64,000 nt of DNA. It comes from Octopus vulgaris (taxonomy: Eukaryota). Positions 39,309 through 53,212 of the stretch are shown in pieces. The notes under the pieces are model-generated. The model did not search any database. It was not told where the DNA came from and saw nothing but the letters and a program-made list of their open reading frames with translations. Position 1 is the stretch's first letter, and each line of letters starts with the position of its first letter. The stretch lies in contig OX597823.1 of the NCBI GenBank assembly GCA_951406725.2, positions 31,186,001 through 31,250,000 on the forward strand, read 5' to 3'. The translations under genes were made by a program, and so were the position numbers.

Positions 39309-39566
39309 ACACCAGTCTGTTACTTGCTAGTACTTGGGACCTCAATAAATGTTTTACGAAAGAAAGCTACTGAGCGCAAGATATAAAAAAATGCAATCAC
39401 GTCAGCTTTGACAAATCACCAAATAACAGATTCACTGATTAATGTCATTGTAACTGTCATTCCATAATGTCCACGTTTGCTCTGCAATCCTTGGCTGTCA
39501 CCAGAACCTTCATGGCCTTCTTAAACTTGTACCTTCACTCACTCATTATTTCTTTGTATTCTACCT

Positions 39567-39833
39567 TATTGGGTTGTCAGATAAATCCTTTCGTTCCTCC
39601 ACCTCCATCACCACCACCACCATCATTTCTTCTTCTAATCCTTTCCAATGTTTTTTGTTTGTTTTTGAATTAACACGGAAATAATTTTTATCGTAATTTT
39701 TTTCAAAGTTTTTTTTTTTTTTTTCTTCGTAGATCTATTCTTTTCCTCTACAACTTTTAATTATCGTTTTAGAAATTTGAATAAATTTTACCTTCTTGTT
39801 AGACATATGAAGACAAGAGTGCCAAGCAGAAAA

Positions 39834-39865
<32 letters not shown>

Positions 39866-39892
39866 CGAACGAATTTATATGACAAGCCAATG
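39567..39892. mobile_element. Mariner-type MITE
   Basis: Left attgggttgtcagataaatcctttcgtt; reverse complement of right end attggcttgtcatataaattcgttcgtt. Confidence 0.6.
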
Positions 39893-40465
39893 ACATATCT
39901 TGTTATTTACAATGCAGAAAGTTTACTTACAAGCATGGCGAATATAAACTTGTTTCCCCACCACCCCACCCCACCCCCACCCCTATTTATCCATTACGCC
40001 ATCAACATACGCATATCTTTCTAAGACGTTAAAAGTGTTTTCGAAGGAATAATAGCTGCTGCCTTGTGCATCCATGTTCGTTGGTGATCCTCAGACTGCA
40101 TCAGTCAACATCTGATTTATAGATAACAGAGAGGAATATATACATCAGGATTGTATTTTTATTAAACAAAAAAAATACACAAATGTATGTATGTGTGTGT
40201 GTATGTATGCATGTATGTATGCATGTATGTAATGCATGTGTTTGTTTTTATATCATATATAAAGACTATTTAACGTAAAAAACTGAAGGATTATTCAATA
40301 CTTTTTGGTAGAGTCCGTATTTATTAACTCTTCCTAGTAAAAGTTAATCATATGCATACAGACATACATATATATGTTTGTGAATATATCTATATAGTTA
40401 TCGAGAGAGTGAAGCAAATAAATACGCTGGGGCTTTAATGCATGTATATACACATGTAAATATAT

Positions 40466-40545
<80 letters not shown>

Positions 40546-40592
40546 GTATATATAAAAGCAAAAAAACTGAGAATGTTCAGAAGATGAACACT

Positions 40593-40985
40593 ACTCTTTA
40601 CTCTCTTTGCTCTTTTACTTGTTTCAGTCATTTGACTGCGGCCATGCTGGAGCAAATCGACCCCGGGACTTATTCTTTGAAAGCCTTCGTACGTATTCTA
40701 TCGGTCTCTTTTGCCGAACCGCTAGGTGACGGGAACGTAAACACACCAGCATCGGTTGTCAAGCAATGCTAAGGGGACAAACACAGACACACAAACATAT
40801 ACAAACACACATATAGATACATATACATATATACGACAGACTTCTTTCAGTTTCCCTCTACCAAATCCACTCACAAGGCATTTGTCGGCCCGAGGCTATA
40901 GCAGAAGACACTTGCCCAAGATGCCACGCTGTGGGACTGAACCCGAAACCATGTGGTTGGTAAGCAAGCTACTTACCACACAGCC
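40593..40985 (-). mobile_element. SINE family B
   Basis: Colinear with the other copies. Confidence 0.9.
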
Positions 40986-41389
40986 TAGTGTATAAACATG
41001 TAGATATTCATGTAGATATTCATATATTTACAGAACAAATCTGCATGCAGTACAAAAAAAAAACCCTGAACACTAAGGAGAAAGGGCATGATATTACGGT
41101 CCGACAGCTTTTTCTGGAGACTCGGAATTATGTAAAAATTATAATGTTGGCAGATGGGATGTGCAAAAAATCGAAGGTCAAAGATATGTAACCAGTAGTG
41201 AATAGATATAAACATTACTGTAAACCCTGCATCTGTTCTCAGGGTGGAAAGATTCGCAACAAATTATATATACATATATATATATCTATACACATACGCG
41301 CACACACGCGCGCACGTACTCATATATACACGCATACATGTATATATTTGTATATATACATATAAGTAAATATATATGTATACATGTAT

Positions 41390-41806
41390 GCTCTTTTACT
41401 CTTTTATTTGGTTCAGTCTTTTGACCGCGGCCATGCTGGAGTACCGCTTTTAGTCGAGCAAATCGACCCCAGAACTTGTTCTTTATAAGCCTAGTATTTA
41501 ACATATCGGTCTTGCCGAACCGCTAGGTCACGTGGACGTAAACACACCAGCATTGGTTATCAAGCGATGGTGCGGGCGACAAACAGACACACAAACACAC
41601 ACGACACACACACACACGCGCGCGCGCGCGTGCGTATATATACGACTGGATTCTTTCAGTTTCCGTCTACCAAATTCACTCACAAGGCTTTGATCGGCCC
41701 AAGGCAATAGTAAAAGACACTTGTCCCAGGTGCCACGCAGCCGGACTGAACCCGGGATCATATGGTTGATAAGTAAGTTACTTACCACACAGCCACCCCT
41801 GCGCCT
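41390..41806 (-). mobile_element. SINE family B
   Basis: Colinear with the other copies. Confidence 0.9.
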
Positions 41807-41889
41807 ATATGTGTTAATCTCTGTATTCATTGCTATTGTCTTGGATATGCTCTCTACAATCCAGTAAAGCGAAACCAGGATGTATATTT

Positions 41890-42017
<128 letters not shown>

Positions 42018-42036
42018 ACATATATGTATATATATA

Positions 42037-42540
<504 letters not shown>

Positions 42541-42971
42541 ATGTATGTATGTATGTTTTTATGTATAAGACAATTACGAAACCTAAATGTAAATTAAAAC
42601 TTGATTGGTATCAATAAGGTTTGAATTCACTTTAAAAGTAAGTTTTGTACATTGTACATTTATATCCCCAAAACTCACGGAAATTACTGGGTGAGAAATA
42701 TACTCTGACCTAATTTAGGATCTAGTATTCATGATTCGAAATTAAAACCCAGGGTCATTATAGGGTCAAACATGATAGCCCTTCTTATAGTCCTATCAGG
42801 TTTCCAAATCTCCCACATCCTTCCTACTCAAAAACTAGTCCCCAAACCATATAGCTGCATAGACTACTAACCAGAGGAATGAAACTAGGTGCAAATGCGA
42901 ATGCCAAGTGTCTAAGCAGCAGAAACGTGAGACGGGCATGTTGAAATTAAATATGCTGTATAATTGATTGT

Positions 42972-43383
42972 AGGTGCAGGAGTGGCTGTGTGGTAAGTAG
43001 CTTGCTAACCAACCACATTCCGGGTTCAGTCCCACTGCGTGGCATCTTGGGCAAGTGTCTTCTGCTATAGCCCCGGGCCGACCAATGCCTTGTGAGTGGA
43101 TTTGGTAGACGGAAACTGAAAGAAGCCTGTCGTATATATGTATATATATATATGTATGTATGTGTGTGTGTTTGTGTGTCTGTGTTTGTTCCCCTAGCAT
43201 TGCTTGACAACCGATGCTGGTGTGTTTACGTCCCCGTCACCTAGCGGTTCGGCAAAAAGAGACCGATAGAATAAGTACTAGGCTTACAAAAAGAATAAGT
43301 CCCGGGGTCGATTTGCTCGACTAAAAGCGGTGCTCCAGCATGGCCACAGTCAAATGACTGAAACAAGTAAAAGAGTAAGAGTA
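42972..43383 (+). mobile_element. SINE family B, full length
   Basis: Head, CORE-like segment, microsatellite slot and gtaaaagag tail. Confidence 0.9.
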
Positions 43384-43591
43384 TAAGATATGTAGATGTG
43401 TTAATTTCTGTATTCATTGTTATTGTCTTGGATATGAACTCGGTAAGCTATCTATAATGCAGTAAATCGAAACCAAGATTTAACCATCGGATGAATTACA
43501 TTGAGGTTGTTTACTTCAAATAATCCTAGGTTCTCTTTACCACTTGATGTAGTTAGCCATAACAATCATAACTGAGTGCTCGAATGATACC

Positions 43592-43822
43592 TATTTCTTT
43601 ACTACCCACAAGAGGCTAAACACAGAGAGGACAAACAAGGACAGACAAACGGATTAAGTCGATTACATCGACCCCAGTGCGTAACTGGTACTTAATTTAT
43701 CGACCCGAAAGGATGAAAGGCAAAGTCGACCTTGGCGGAATTTGAACACAGAACGTAACGGCAGACGAAATACGGCTACGCATTTCGCCCGGTGTGCTAA
43801 CATTTCTGCCAGCTCACCGCCT
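43592..43822 (-). mobile_element. SINE family A monomer with 16-bp TSD
   Basis: tgctcgaatgatacct at 43577-43592 and 43824-43839. Confidence 0.92.
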
Positions 43823-43866
43823 TTGCTCGAATGATACCTGCCTGGACATATTATCTCTCTCTCTAA

Positions 43867-43961
<95 letters not shown>

Positions 43962-44004
43962 TTTTTCTTTCTTTGTAGCTATCTATCTTTCTATCTATCT
44001 TTCT

Positions 44005-44118
44005 AACGATCCCTTTTGATCGAAAAACCTACCAATTTTTTTATCTTCCCCAAAAGAAAAGCTCTACTTTGTAATTTGGCCCCTCTGGGTTCAGCCCTGT
44101 GTGGCTAATAAAGAAACA

Positions 44119-44120
<2 letters not shown>
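44005..44120 (+). mobile_element. Very short 3' end of the Tx1-type LINE, in (TATC)n
   Basis: Matches 45170-45272 (cccttttgatcgaaaa...cagccctgtgtggctaataaagaaacata). Confidence 0.85.
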
Positions 44121-44207
<87 letters not shown>

Positions 44208-44229
44208 GGCTGTCTATCTATCTATCTAT

Positions 44230-45271
44230 AGTAAGGGCGAATGGCACCGCGAGTGTCGCGTTGCTCTCAAGCAACTATGCCGTCCCGGGTCGACCTTGAG
44301 TGACTTCAACACAACCCAAGCATTCTATAGGGGATTAGTGGAGGGGGGGTACGACGACGATCTCGAGACGAACCTCGACGTCGACAAGGAATACCTGACC
44401 CGCCTGTTCAGGACGACTTTCAGACCAGGGCCCATGGACAACTTCCAGAGAACCCTGGCCTGGCAGTGCTACCGAGAAGCGCTACTCGTTCGGGACAAGC
44501 TCTACAGACACGGCTCGAGAAACACGGGACCGACCTGCCCGAAATGCGGTTAGTGCGTCGAAACCGTTCTGCACGCACTCGTGCAGTGTCCAACCATTTC
44601 CGACCTGTGGGCTTATGTCGAACAACTGCTGTCACGTGTGGGACGAGTCGGTTTATCAGTCGAGTCTATCGTCAATATCGTCACGCCTCCTTCCTTCAAA
44701 CGGGAAGGAAGAGCTAATTTCATCATACTTGTGGCTATAGCAAAAGAATGTATCTGGTGGACGTGTCTGAAAGGATTAGAGACAAGCACTTTCCTCTCTG
44801 GTCAATCTCTCATCAACTTCTTTAAGTATCACTTGAAAAGGTAAGTGAGAGTAGAGTGGCAAGTTTTGTCTAGAGAATGTTTCAAAAAAGATGGGTGAAT
44901 GTAGCAAGGATGGCACGTATGAATGACGAAGCCACCTTGAACATAATCCTATGAACCTGGAAAAATTTAAAACAGAGAGTTACTCATTTGCAAATAAATG
45001 TGTTAACATGTGACTTTATTGACCAAGGTTACAGTGGTCTTTTCTGCAGGCTTTTCTTACCACGGATAAACCTTATTTGTTTCCCCCTTTACACTTTACA
45101 TCATAACATCTCTGTGATACACGATCCCTATTGATCATTTTTTTCCTTTTTATTTCTTTTTTTTTACACTCCCTTTTGATCGAAAACCTATCCCACCTTT
45201 TTTCTCCTGAAGAACTCTACTTTGTAATTTGTCCCCTCTGTATTCAGCCCTGTGTGGCTAATAAAGAAACA

Positions 45272-45272
<1 letters not shown>
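44230..45272 (+). mobile_element. 5'-truncated Tx1/L1-group LINE (ORF2 C-terminal zinc knuckle plus 3' UTR) inserted in (TATC)n
   Basis: Reads ...LAWQCYREAL.VRDKL...TCPKCG*CVETVLHALVQCPTISDLW...AKECIWW...; CxxC-E-H-C is the zf-RVT pattern. Two stops and a frameshift; probable terminal stop 44952-44954. Confidence 0.85.
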
Positions 45273-45365
<93 letters not shown>

Positions 45366-45418
45366 ACTAACTTCATTTTCGCTATATGTATATGTATGTA
45401 TGTGTGTATGTGTCTATG

Positions 45419-45462
<44 letters not shown>

Positions 45463-45490
45463 CAGACAGATAAATAGATAGATATACATT

Positions 45491-45554
<64 letters not shown>

Positions 45555-45971
45555 TATATGTAAGTAAATATATATCTATATATAAATGAGAGACAGACAT
45601 TCTTGTAGTAGAATACAGTCCGTAGTGCTAAAGAGATTTAAACTTGTGTTGGTAGAGTAGTAAATGTAAGGATAAGCAAATTAAGTAAGTCGATATACAA
45701 AAAATATTAAATACATTTAATGCAAAAAATGTACATATGTTTACATGTAACAGCATGTGACGTACGCAGAATAGAAATGGTAAAAGGTCGTGCAAGGGTT
45801 TTACGAGTTAAAAAGCTGTTTCTGGGGACTTGGTGGTGCAAAATAATGATTGTAAATTGTTTCCATCATCGGATAATCGGATAATACCATCCTCCGTCTT
45901 CAGGGAAGAATTTTACATTAGAGTTGTTGACAGAAAAGAGATTAAAATGGAATGTGTGTGTGTGTGTGTAC

Positions 45972-46136
<165 letters not shown>

Positions 46137-46429
46137 GGGTTCCTGAGAGGATCCGGTACTTAAATAATATGCACCAGGCAGGGTTGGTTTAACACGTGGT
46201 CACCACCTATGGTCGATTAAATATCCAGTATTCCGTAGAATGTTCAGGTTGTGCACACAGGGAAAAACCACCCCTATCAATATTTAGCTCCTAGGGGTCC
46301 AAAGCACACGTTGTGTTGATCATACGTTGTTTGGTATATGTTTGGCATATTCTAGAGGGTGTCCGACGTGTGAATCTCCATGGTGTATTATAAGCAAATG
46401 AATAATAACGGACGATGGGTAATTGTCAG

Positions 46430-46507
46430 CTCATTACAGCTGTTTCTTACACATTTTTAATACATGAATGAGCATATTATTACAAAAAACCGTAATCATC
46501 AGATGAA
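46430..46507 (-). ncRNA. Type I hammerhead ribozyme with intact core
   Basis: Minus: TTCAT-CTGATGA-TTAC-[~41 nt]-GTAA-GAAA-CAGCTGTA-ATGAG. Stems I and II pair, palindromic AGCT loop, GUA triplet. Confidence 0.75.
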
Positions 46508-46524
46508 TCATGTTTTATATGAAA

Positions 46525-46910
46525 CTAGCAGTATCGCCCGGCGTTGCTCGGGTTTGTAAGGGAAATAACTATAAAGCACTTTTAGATAGTTATAGCCAAA
46601 ATCTAGCAAAAAAATGGGAAAAAAATGATGGTAAATTTTTTTTGAGAGTTAAAAAGGTGGAGTTGCGTCCCCTAGACAGTCTGTGGTTTGTGTTTCTGAT
46701 TCTCGACCCCATGTCGAATTTATCGATTTTTTTCAGAACTGGGGGAACTTTTCAAAGTTTTCGCTGCGTTAGTTTTGAATTATGACATTGGGCTATGTGT
46801 GTGTGTCAAGTTTCATCAGAATCGGTTGAAAGCCGTGGTCAGAGTGAGGGTACAACCAAACAGACACACAGAAACACATACAGACAAACTGCCGTTTATA
46901 TATAGAGAGA
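46525..46910 (-). mobile_element. Non-autonomous Helitron
   Basis: Minus strand begins TC (a|tctctctatatataaacggcag) and ends CTAG|t, with the GC-rich hairpin cccgagcaacgccggg just upstream; A/T insertion site and no TSD. Confidence 0.8.
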
Positions 46911-46913
46911 TAT

Positions 46914-46999
46914 GTTACATCTGATGATTGCAGTCTTTTACAGTGATGTAATGTACCCATTCTTCTATTAAAAATGTATATGAAACAGCTGTAATGAAC
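46914..46999 (+). ncRNA. Type I hammerhead motif, intact core, weak stem II
   Basis: GTTACAT-CTGATGA (46921-46927)...GAAA-CAGCTGTA-ATGAAC (46982-46999). Confidence 0.6.
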
Positions 47000-47032
47000 T
47001 TACATTTATCCATCGTCTGTTATTCATTGGCT

Positions 47033-47088
<56 letters not shown>

Positions 47089-47199
47089 CGCGCGCGCATA
47101 CATACATCTACATAGCCCACTAAGTATTCTAGCTTTGCATAAATATAAACTGTTGGTATGGTGGGTATGGTTACTGCTACATATATTTCCTATTTAGTA

Positions 47200-47790
47200 C
47201 TGGGGATGCTTCATTTATGAGGTCGTACTCCTGTATTTGTCTGAGGGTTGGGTCTTTAGGTGCTTGGATAAAATGTAAATGTCAAGTTGACCCAGGTTGT
47301 CTCCATGCTGGTCCTTGGCATGTCGGTAGAGCATAGAAGACTGTTTTTTATCGTCATATTGTCTCAAATGTGCATTTAGTCTTTCCGCAATACTCCTAGA
47401 TGTCTCGTCTATGTATGTCATGCTCATGTCTTTACAAGCACCTTCTATGCACCTTATGCCGTAGTCTACATTTCTAGTTCTGCAGTTAATGCCAGGGTTA
47501 ATCCTACATACCATGCAGTTATCATTGGTGCATATGATATTCTCAAAGGGGTACATCCTACATACTTGTGATCTGATGGAGTTCCCTGGCCTTTCAACGA
47601 TCTTAAGTTTGGTCTCCGTTAGAGATTTCCTAAATCTACGTGCTAGTTCTCCATGGGATGCGGCCTCTACAAACACTATTCCTTGATATTTGTGAGCTTT
47701 ATACCACGTGTTCACCCTGTTTGCTTTGTCGCAAGCTCTTTGTATTCTATTCCAGTCTTTACTTCTATATCTAGGGAAGGTGCCACTGGT
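47200..47790 (-). pseudogene. Penelope-like element GIY-YIG endonuclease fragment (second family)
   Basis: ORF 47215-47715: KIVERPG...CTNDNCMVC...CRTRNVDYGIRC...YIDETSRSIAERLNAH...MLYRHAKDQH. Confidence 0.85.
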
Positions 47791-47972
47791 TTCATTACAT
47801 ATAATGTTATATAACTTATATAATAAGGCACTAAAAGAGAATGACTCTTCCCAGACACAACAAAATATGCTTCAACACACGATCTCATATAAAGAATCTT
47901 GCAAACCAAATCCCAAAACGAAGTATATGTGTGTGTGTGTGTGTGTGTGTGTATATAGATATATAATATATG

Positions 47973-48014
<42 letters not shown>

Positions 48015-48049
48015 AACATATATTATATATCTATCTATCTATCTATCTA

Positions 48050-48087
<38 letters not shown>

Positions 48088-48099
48088 CATATATACATA

Positions 48100-48305
48100 C
48101 ATATGTTTGCGTGCGTGCATGCACCACCACTTGACTGGTATGTTTACAATCATGTCAGTTAGCGGTTCGGCAAAAGTAGCAAAGAAAGGTACCAGATTTA
48201 AAAGAAAAAAAGAGAGAAGATTACTGTGGGCAATTCAATAAACTAAATCCTTTCAGATGGTGCTCCAGTATGGCTGCAGTCCAATGACTGAGACAAATAA
48301 AATTG
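48100..48305 (+). mobile_element. SINE family B, diverged 3' half
   Basis: ttagcggttcggcaaaag and ggtgctccag.atggc.gcagtc blocks. Confidence 0.7.
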
Positions 48306-48631
48306 TGTAAATGTGACATTTACGGTATCGCTTTCTGTCTTGTTTTCTTTTCTGTTCTGTGAGACAAGGGACTGTATTTTCACTTGCTGTTGGAGTGTAC
48401 ATTACATGTTTAATATACATTAGGGAGTTGGATGTGTGTAGAATTGTGACGAAGATGTGCATATTAGAAATAAAATGACGACTAGTCGGGTGTAGTACCC
48501 AGGGGGAAAAGCAAATTATAAGCCATTACGGATTAACTATGATGCAAATAAAATTTTAATTACATTAATCTTCTGAAAGCATAATAAAATGTGTTGATTT
48601 GAAAATTTTATGTGACCCTGCCCTAGTTATA

Positions 48632-49030
48632 TTCTTTTCTACTCTGGGCACAAGGCCTGAAAGTTTTGGGGAGGGGACCAGTCGATTAGATCGACCACAG
48701 TACGCAAATGGTACTTAATCTGTAGACTCCGAAAGGATAAAAGGCAAGGTTGACCTTGGCGGGATTTGAACTCAGAACGTACAGACAGACGAAATACCGT
48801 TAAGCATTTCGCCCGGTGTGCTAACGTTTCTTTTCTACTCTAGGCACAAAGCTTGAAATTTTAGGTGAGGAACCAGTCGAGTAGATCGATCCCAGTACGC
48901 AATTGATACTTAATTTATCGACCTCGAAAGGATTAAATGCAAAGTCGACCTCGGTGGAATTTGAACTCAGAACTTAAAGACGGACGAAATACCGCTAAGC
49001 GTGCTAACGATTCTGCCATCTCACCGCCTT
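48632..49030 (-). mobile_element. SINE family A tandem of two tail2 units
   Basis: Two core+ttctactct.ggcaca units; flanked by ctagttatat repeats. Confidence 0.85.
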
Positions 49031-49114
49031 CCAGCTCTAGTTATATAGTATAGTTCTAAATATTTATTACTGTAATGCAAAGTACTTTACAGATATGTAA
49101 TGGGAATGAAATTG

Positions 49115-49590
49115 GGCATTGACTGTGTAGTGAAGAAGCCCACTTGCTAACCATGTGGCGCCTTGGGAATCTTCCACAACAACCTGGACTGACCAAGCTC
49201 TGTATATGAAATTCGCAGACGGAAACTGTGTAGACAACCATCGTATGTGTGTGTCTTTGTGTTTGTGCTTGTTCCTTACAGCTTAACAATCGGTGCTGGT
49301 TTGTTTACGCCCTCGTAGCTTAAATCTTCGAGGGAAAGAAACCGATAGGATAAATAACAGACTCTTAAAAAAAGAGCAAAAATAAGTGCTAGGGTTAACA
49401 GGTTCGAATAAAGCCTTCGGGGCGTTGCTTAAATCTTCGAGGGAAAGAAACCGATAGGATAAATAACAGACTCTTAAAAAAAGAGCAAAAATAAGTGCTA
49501 GGGTTAACAGGTTCGAATAAAGCCTTCGGGGCGTTGCTCGAGCGTGGTCGGGTTCCAATGAATGAAACAAATAAAAAGTATAAAATAGAA
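49115..49590 (+). mobile_element. Old SINE family B copy with a perfect 109-bp tandem duplication
   Basis: 49318-49426 is repeated at 49427-49535. Confidence 0.8.
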
Positions 49591-49844
49591 AGTGTGTTGT
49601 GGGTCTGGCCTGAAGCATGGCCAGGAATACACTAAAAGTCTCATCTTTTATTTCTTATTCAGCCCTTTATTAAGACAAAAGAGACCTACGATGTCTCAAT
49701 TAGAGAATGGAAGTGTCGAAATGGAAAAAATTACTTGACCTTAATACACAGCCCTGTTGCCTGGGCAGTCATGTGCACCTGTATGCATGTGTGCAAATAT
49801 AGACATATAAATATCTGAGCGTGGTTGAGCGTGTGTGTGTGTGC

Positions 49845-49930
<86 letters not shown>

Positions 49931-51427
49931 AAGTGGTTTCAAAAAGTGGTGACATACAGTTTCATAGCTTCGAGCTCTTTGCTCCAAACAGTCTTACCAT
50001 GTTCCTCAGAAGAACTATCTCCAAGGTATGGTTGTACATCGAAGTATGTATGTATGTATGTATGTATGTATGTATGTATGTATGTATGTATTTATGTATA
50101 TGTATGTATATGTGTACGTATGTATGTATGTGTGTATGTATGCATGAATATATGTATGTGTCTTTATGTATGTATGTATGCATATGTGTACATATGTATG
50201 TATGTGTGTATGTATGTATGTTTGTGTGTATATATGTATCTATGCATGTGTGTGTGTGTATGTATGTACGTATGTATATATGTGTATGTATTCATGTATG
50301 TATATATCTATGCATATGTGTGTATGTATATATGTATACACAACCAGTCACATATGCAACCTTTCCCACAGACGTATTTGTACGTAAGATTGCTGGTGTT
50401 TCTCTCCCTCCCTCTATCTCTCTCTTTTTCCATATATATATATGTGTGCGTGCGTGTGTGTGTGTGTGTGTATGTGTGTGTGTGCATATGTGTATGTTTG
50501 CATACACGTTTATATATATACATATGTATACATACACACACACACACACATATTCACACACATATTCACACACATATATACATATGCCTACTTATGTATG
50601 CATGTAATGCAAAGGTGCACCTGAATATGTTGTTGACTTCTGATTTCAATTGTTTTTGAATTCTTCCTGTAAAGAAACTTGATCCTAGCTGCGCACAAAG
50701 CTTTTTCGCTGGGATTTAGATCACAATCCAAACATATTTATACGTTGAACGCTTTCAATGCATTGTTCTATAGTTTTTCTGCTTATTTCAACCACAAATT
50801 GTATTTGAGAAGTGCGTGGAAACAGGTCAGCAACCCCCTTCCCCACGTTTTTGTTGCTTGTTGTTTTGACTGAAAACCTCAAGCGTTTTCAGATTGTCAT
50901 CTCGACATATTTTAACAAGGACACCAGTGATCATTGCTTTGCCTTGGGCCAACAAATCTTTGATGGGCTCATAGGGCCGCCATTGTTACACAGAGCATGT
51001 CTCTGGCATTTTTACACCTAACGTACTACATACCCTTGCAAATTTGAACATGGTTGATTTTTTCTAGAGAAGAGAAAACCAGACAGAAATACATAGAAAA
51101 GACCACAGTATAAGTACTTTATTTATCGATCCCGATTAGATGAAAGGCAAGGCTGACCTTGGCGATATTTGAACTCAGGGTAAAGAGAACTGGAACGATT
51201 ATTGCAAATCGATATATCCGCCATTCTGACGACTCTGCCTATAAAATACCTTGTGATATCCCATTAGCAGGATAATTACTGGTATAAGCTGGAATTTACA
51301 ATCATGTTATAGAAGTTACTAGTTTCGAAGTATTGTATACATGTGAGTCTATGATATAGAACATATCTATAGATTTTAGTCAACATTATAACCAGAAGTT
51401 ATATATTTATTCTGTAGTACAGAATAA

Positions 51428-51640
51428 TCCTTTCTACCATAGGCACAAGGCCTGCAATTAGGGGAAGGGGGTAGTGGATTACATCAACTCCTGTGTGTAA
51501 CTGATACTTAATTTATCGACTCCGAAAGGATGAAAGGTAAAGGTCGAGCTCGGCGGAATTTGAACTCAGAACGTAGCGGCAGACGAAATACCGCTAAGCA
51601 TTTCGCCCTGTCTGCTAACAATTCTGCCAGCACACCACCT
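51428..51640 (-). mobile_element. SINE family A with ~18-bp TSD
   Basis: tctgtagtaca(g/c)aataat at 51411-51428 and 51641-51658. An older fragment lies at 51110-51240. Confidence 0.88.
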
Positions 51641-52431
51641 TCTGTAGTACACAATAATAGCATTATGAGAAAATTAGGATACCGTATAAGTTATTATGTA
51701 TGTATAAGTGAATTTATGTACGTACGTATGGGTATATGTATGTATAAATCTGGTTATGTATGTATGTACGTTCGTACGCATGTATGTATGTATGCATGCA
51801 TGTATGCATGTATTATGCATATATGTATATATATATATGCATGTATGCATGTATGTATATATGTATGTATGCATGCATGTATGTATGCATGCATGTATGT
51901 ATGCATGTATGTATGTATGCATGCATGCATGTATGTATGCATGCATGTATGTATGTATTACGTCCGTACGCATGCATGTATGTATGCATACATGTATGTA
52001 TGCATACATGTATGTATGTATGTGTGTGTGTATGTATGTGTGTATTTATATATGTGCGTATGTACATATTTGTAGGTGTGGTATGTCCGAATGATTTAAA
52101 TGTTCGCTTCGCCAACGAAAGGTTCCCGGTTTTAATCCCAAAGAAAATGAGATTTGCGTCGTGGACAAATATCACTTTCTGTAACCTCGAGTTGGCCCAT
52201 ACTTTATGAACGAAACTGGGTAGATAGAAACTGCATAGAAGCCCATCATATCAACATTGCTTTTAATTCAAAAGGTACAACCTTGTCACAGAGGTTGTGT
52301 CACACTGACTCCTCCTGAAAACAATGTTACGGGTAGACGTGTCTGTGGAATACTCAGTCACTTGTTCGGCCTATCAGGAGCAGGCTTGTTCAATTAAGTG
52401 AACAAATCTTTATCGTTCATCGATAGAGATC

Positions 52432-52932
52432 CACCACCACCACTATCACCACCATCACTACCACCACTACCACTATCACCACTACCACCACTACCACCAC
52501 CACTACCACCACAACAACTACCATCACCACCACTATCACCACTACCACCACCACCACTACTACCACCACCACTACCACCACTACCACCACCACCACTACC
52601 ACCACTACTACCACCACCACTACTACCACCACCACAATCACCACTACCACCACCACCACCACCACAACAACCACCACCACCACCACTACCACCACCACCA
52701 CCACCACCACCACCACTACCACCACCACCACTACCACCACTACCACCACCACCACCACCACCACCACCACCACCACCACCACTACCACCACTGCCACAAC
52801 CATCACTGCCGCCGCCGCCTCCAAAACCAATACCACCAACAACAACTGTACCACCATTACCAATACCACCACCACCATTACCACCACAACCATCACCGCC
52901 AATACCACCACCACTATTATCAGCACCACCAC
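52432..52932. repeat. (ACC/ACT)n trinucleotide array
   Basis: Seen directly. Confidence 0.95.
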
Positions 52933-53212
52933 GATCATAACGTGACAGTCTCTCCAGTCCGAGAAAGACAATTCTGCAATTTGTTGCTGAACAATCTGCA
53001 CAAATAAATCGCTTAAGATGATCAAAGGTTTGTGTGGCACATACGCTCACCCGCCCCCTCTATCTGCTAAGACGGCTCTGAGTGCAAGTGCACAATGTGC
53101 CACACACCAGATGTTGAAGTGACTGCACAGCTACGCGAAATGAAGTGTTTTGTTCAAGAACCCGACGCACCGCCCTCTCCGGGAATCGACACCACAACCT
53201 CGCGATCATCAT

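Larger units (their letters stand above)
46137..47035. mobile_element. Hammerhead-bearing element with inverted arms (46389-46510 and 46913-47035), split by a Helitron
   Basis: The arms are diverged reverse complements; the left body is homologous to 13337-13695. Confidence 0.7.

Noticed and set aside
50680-51060. Non-repetitive tract with partly open minus frame
   Set aside because: It has a stop and a frameshift, and no motif or splice pair was recognised.
52394-53050. Gly-rich, Pro-rich or Val-rich ORFs resembling extensin or formin
   Set aside because: (ACC)n array open in several frames and flanked by SINE fragments; no supporting gene structure.
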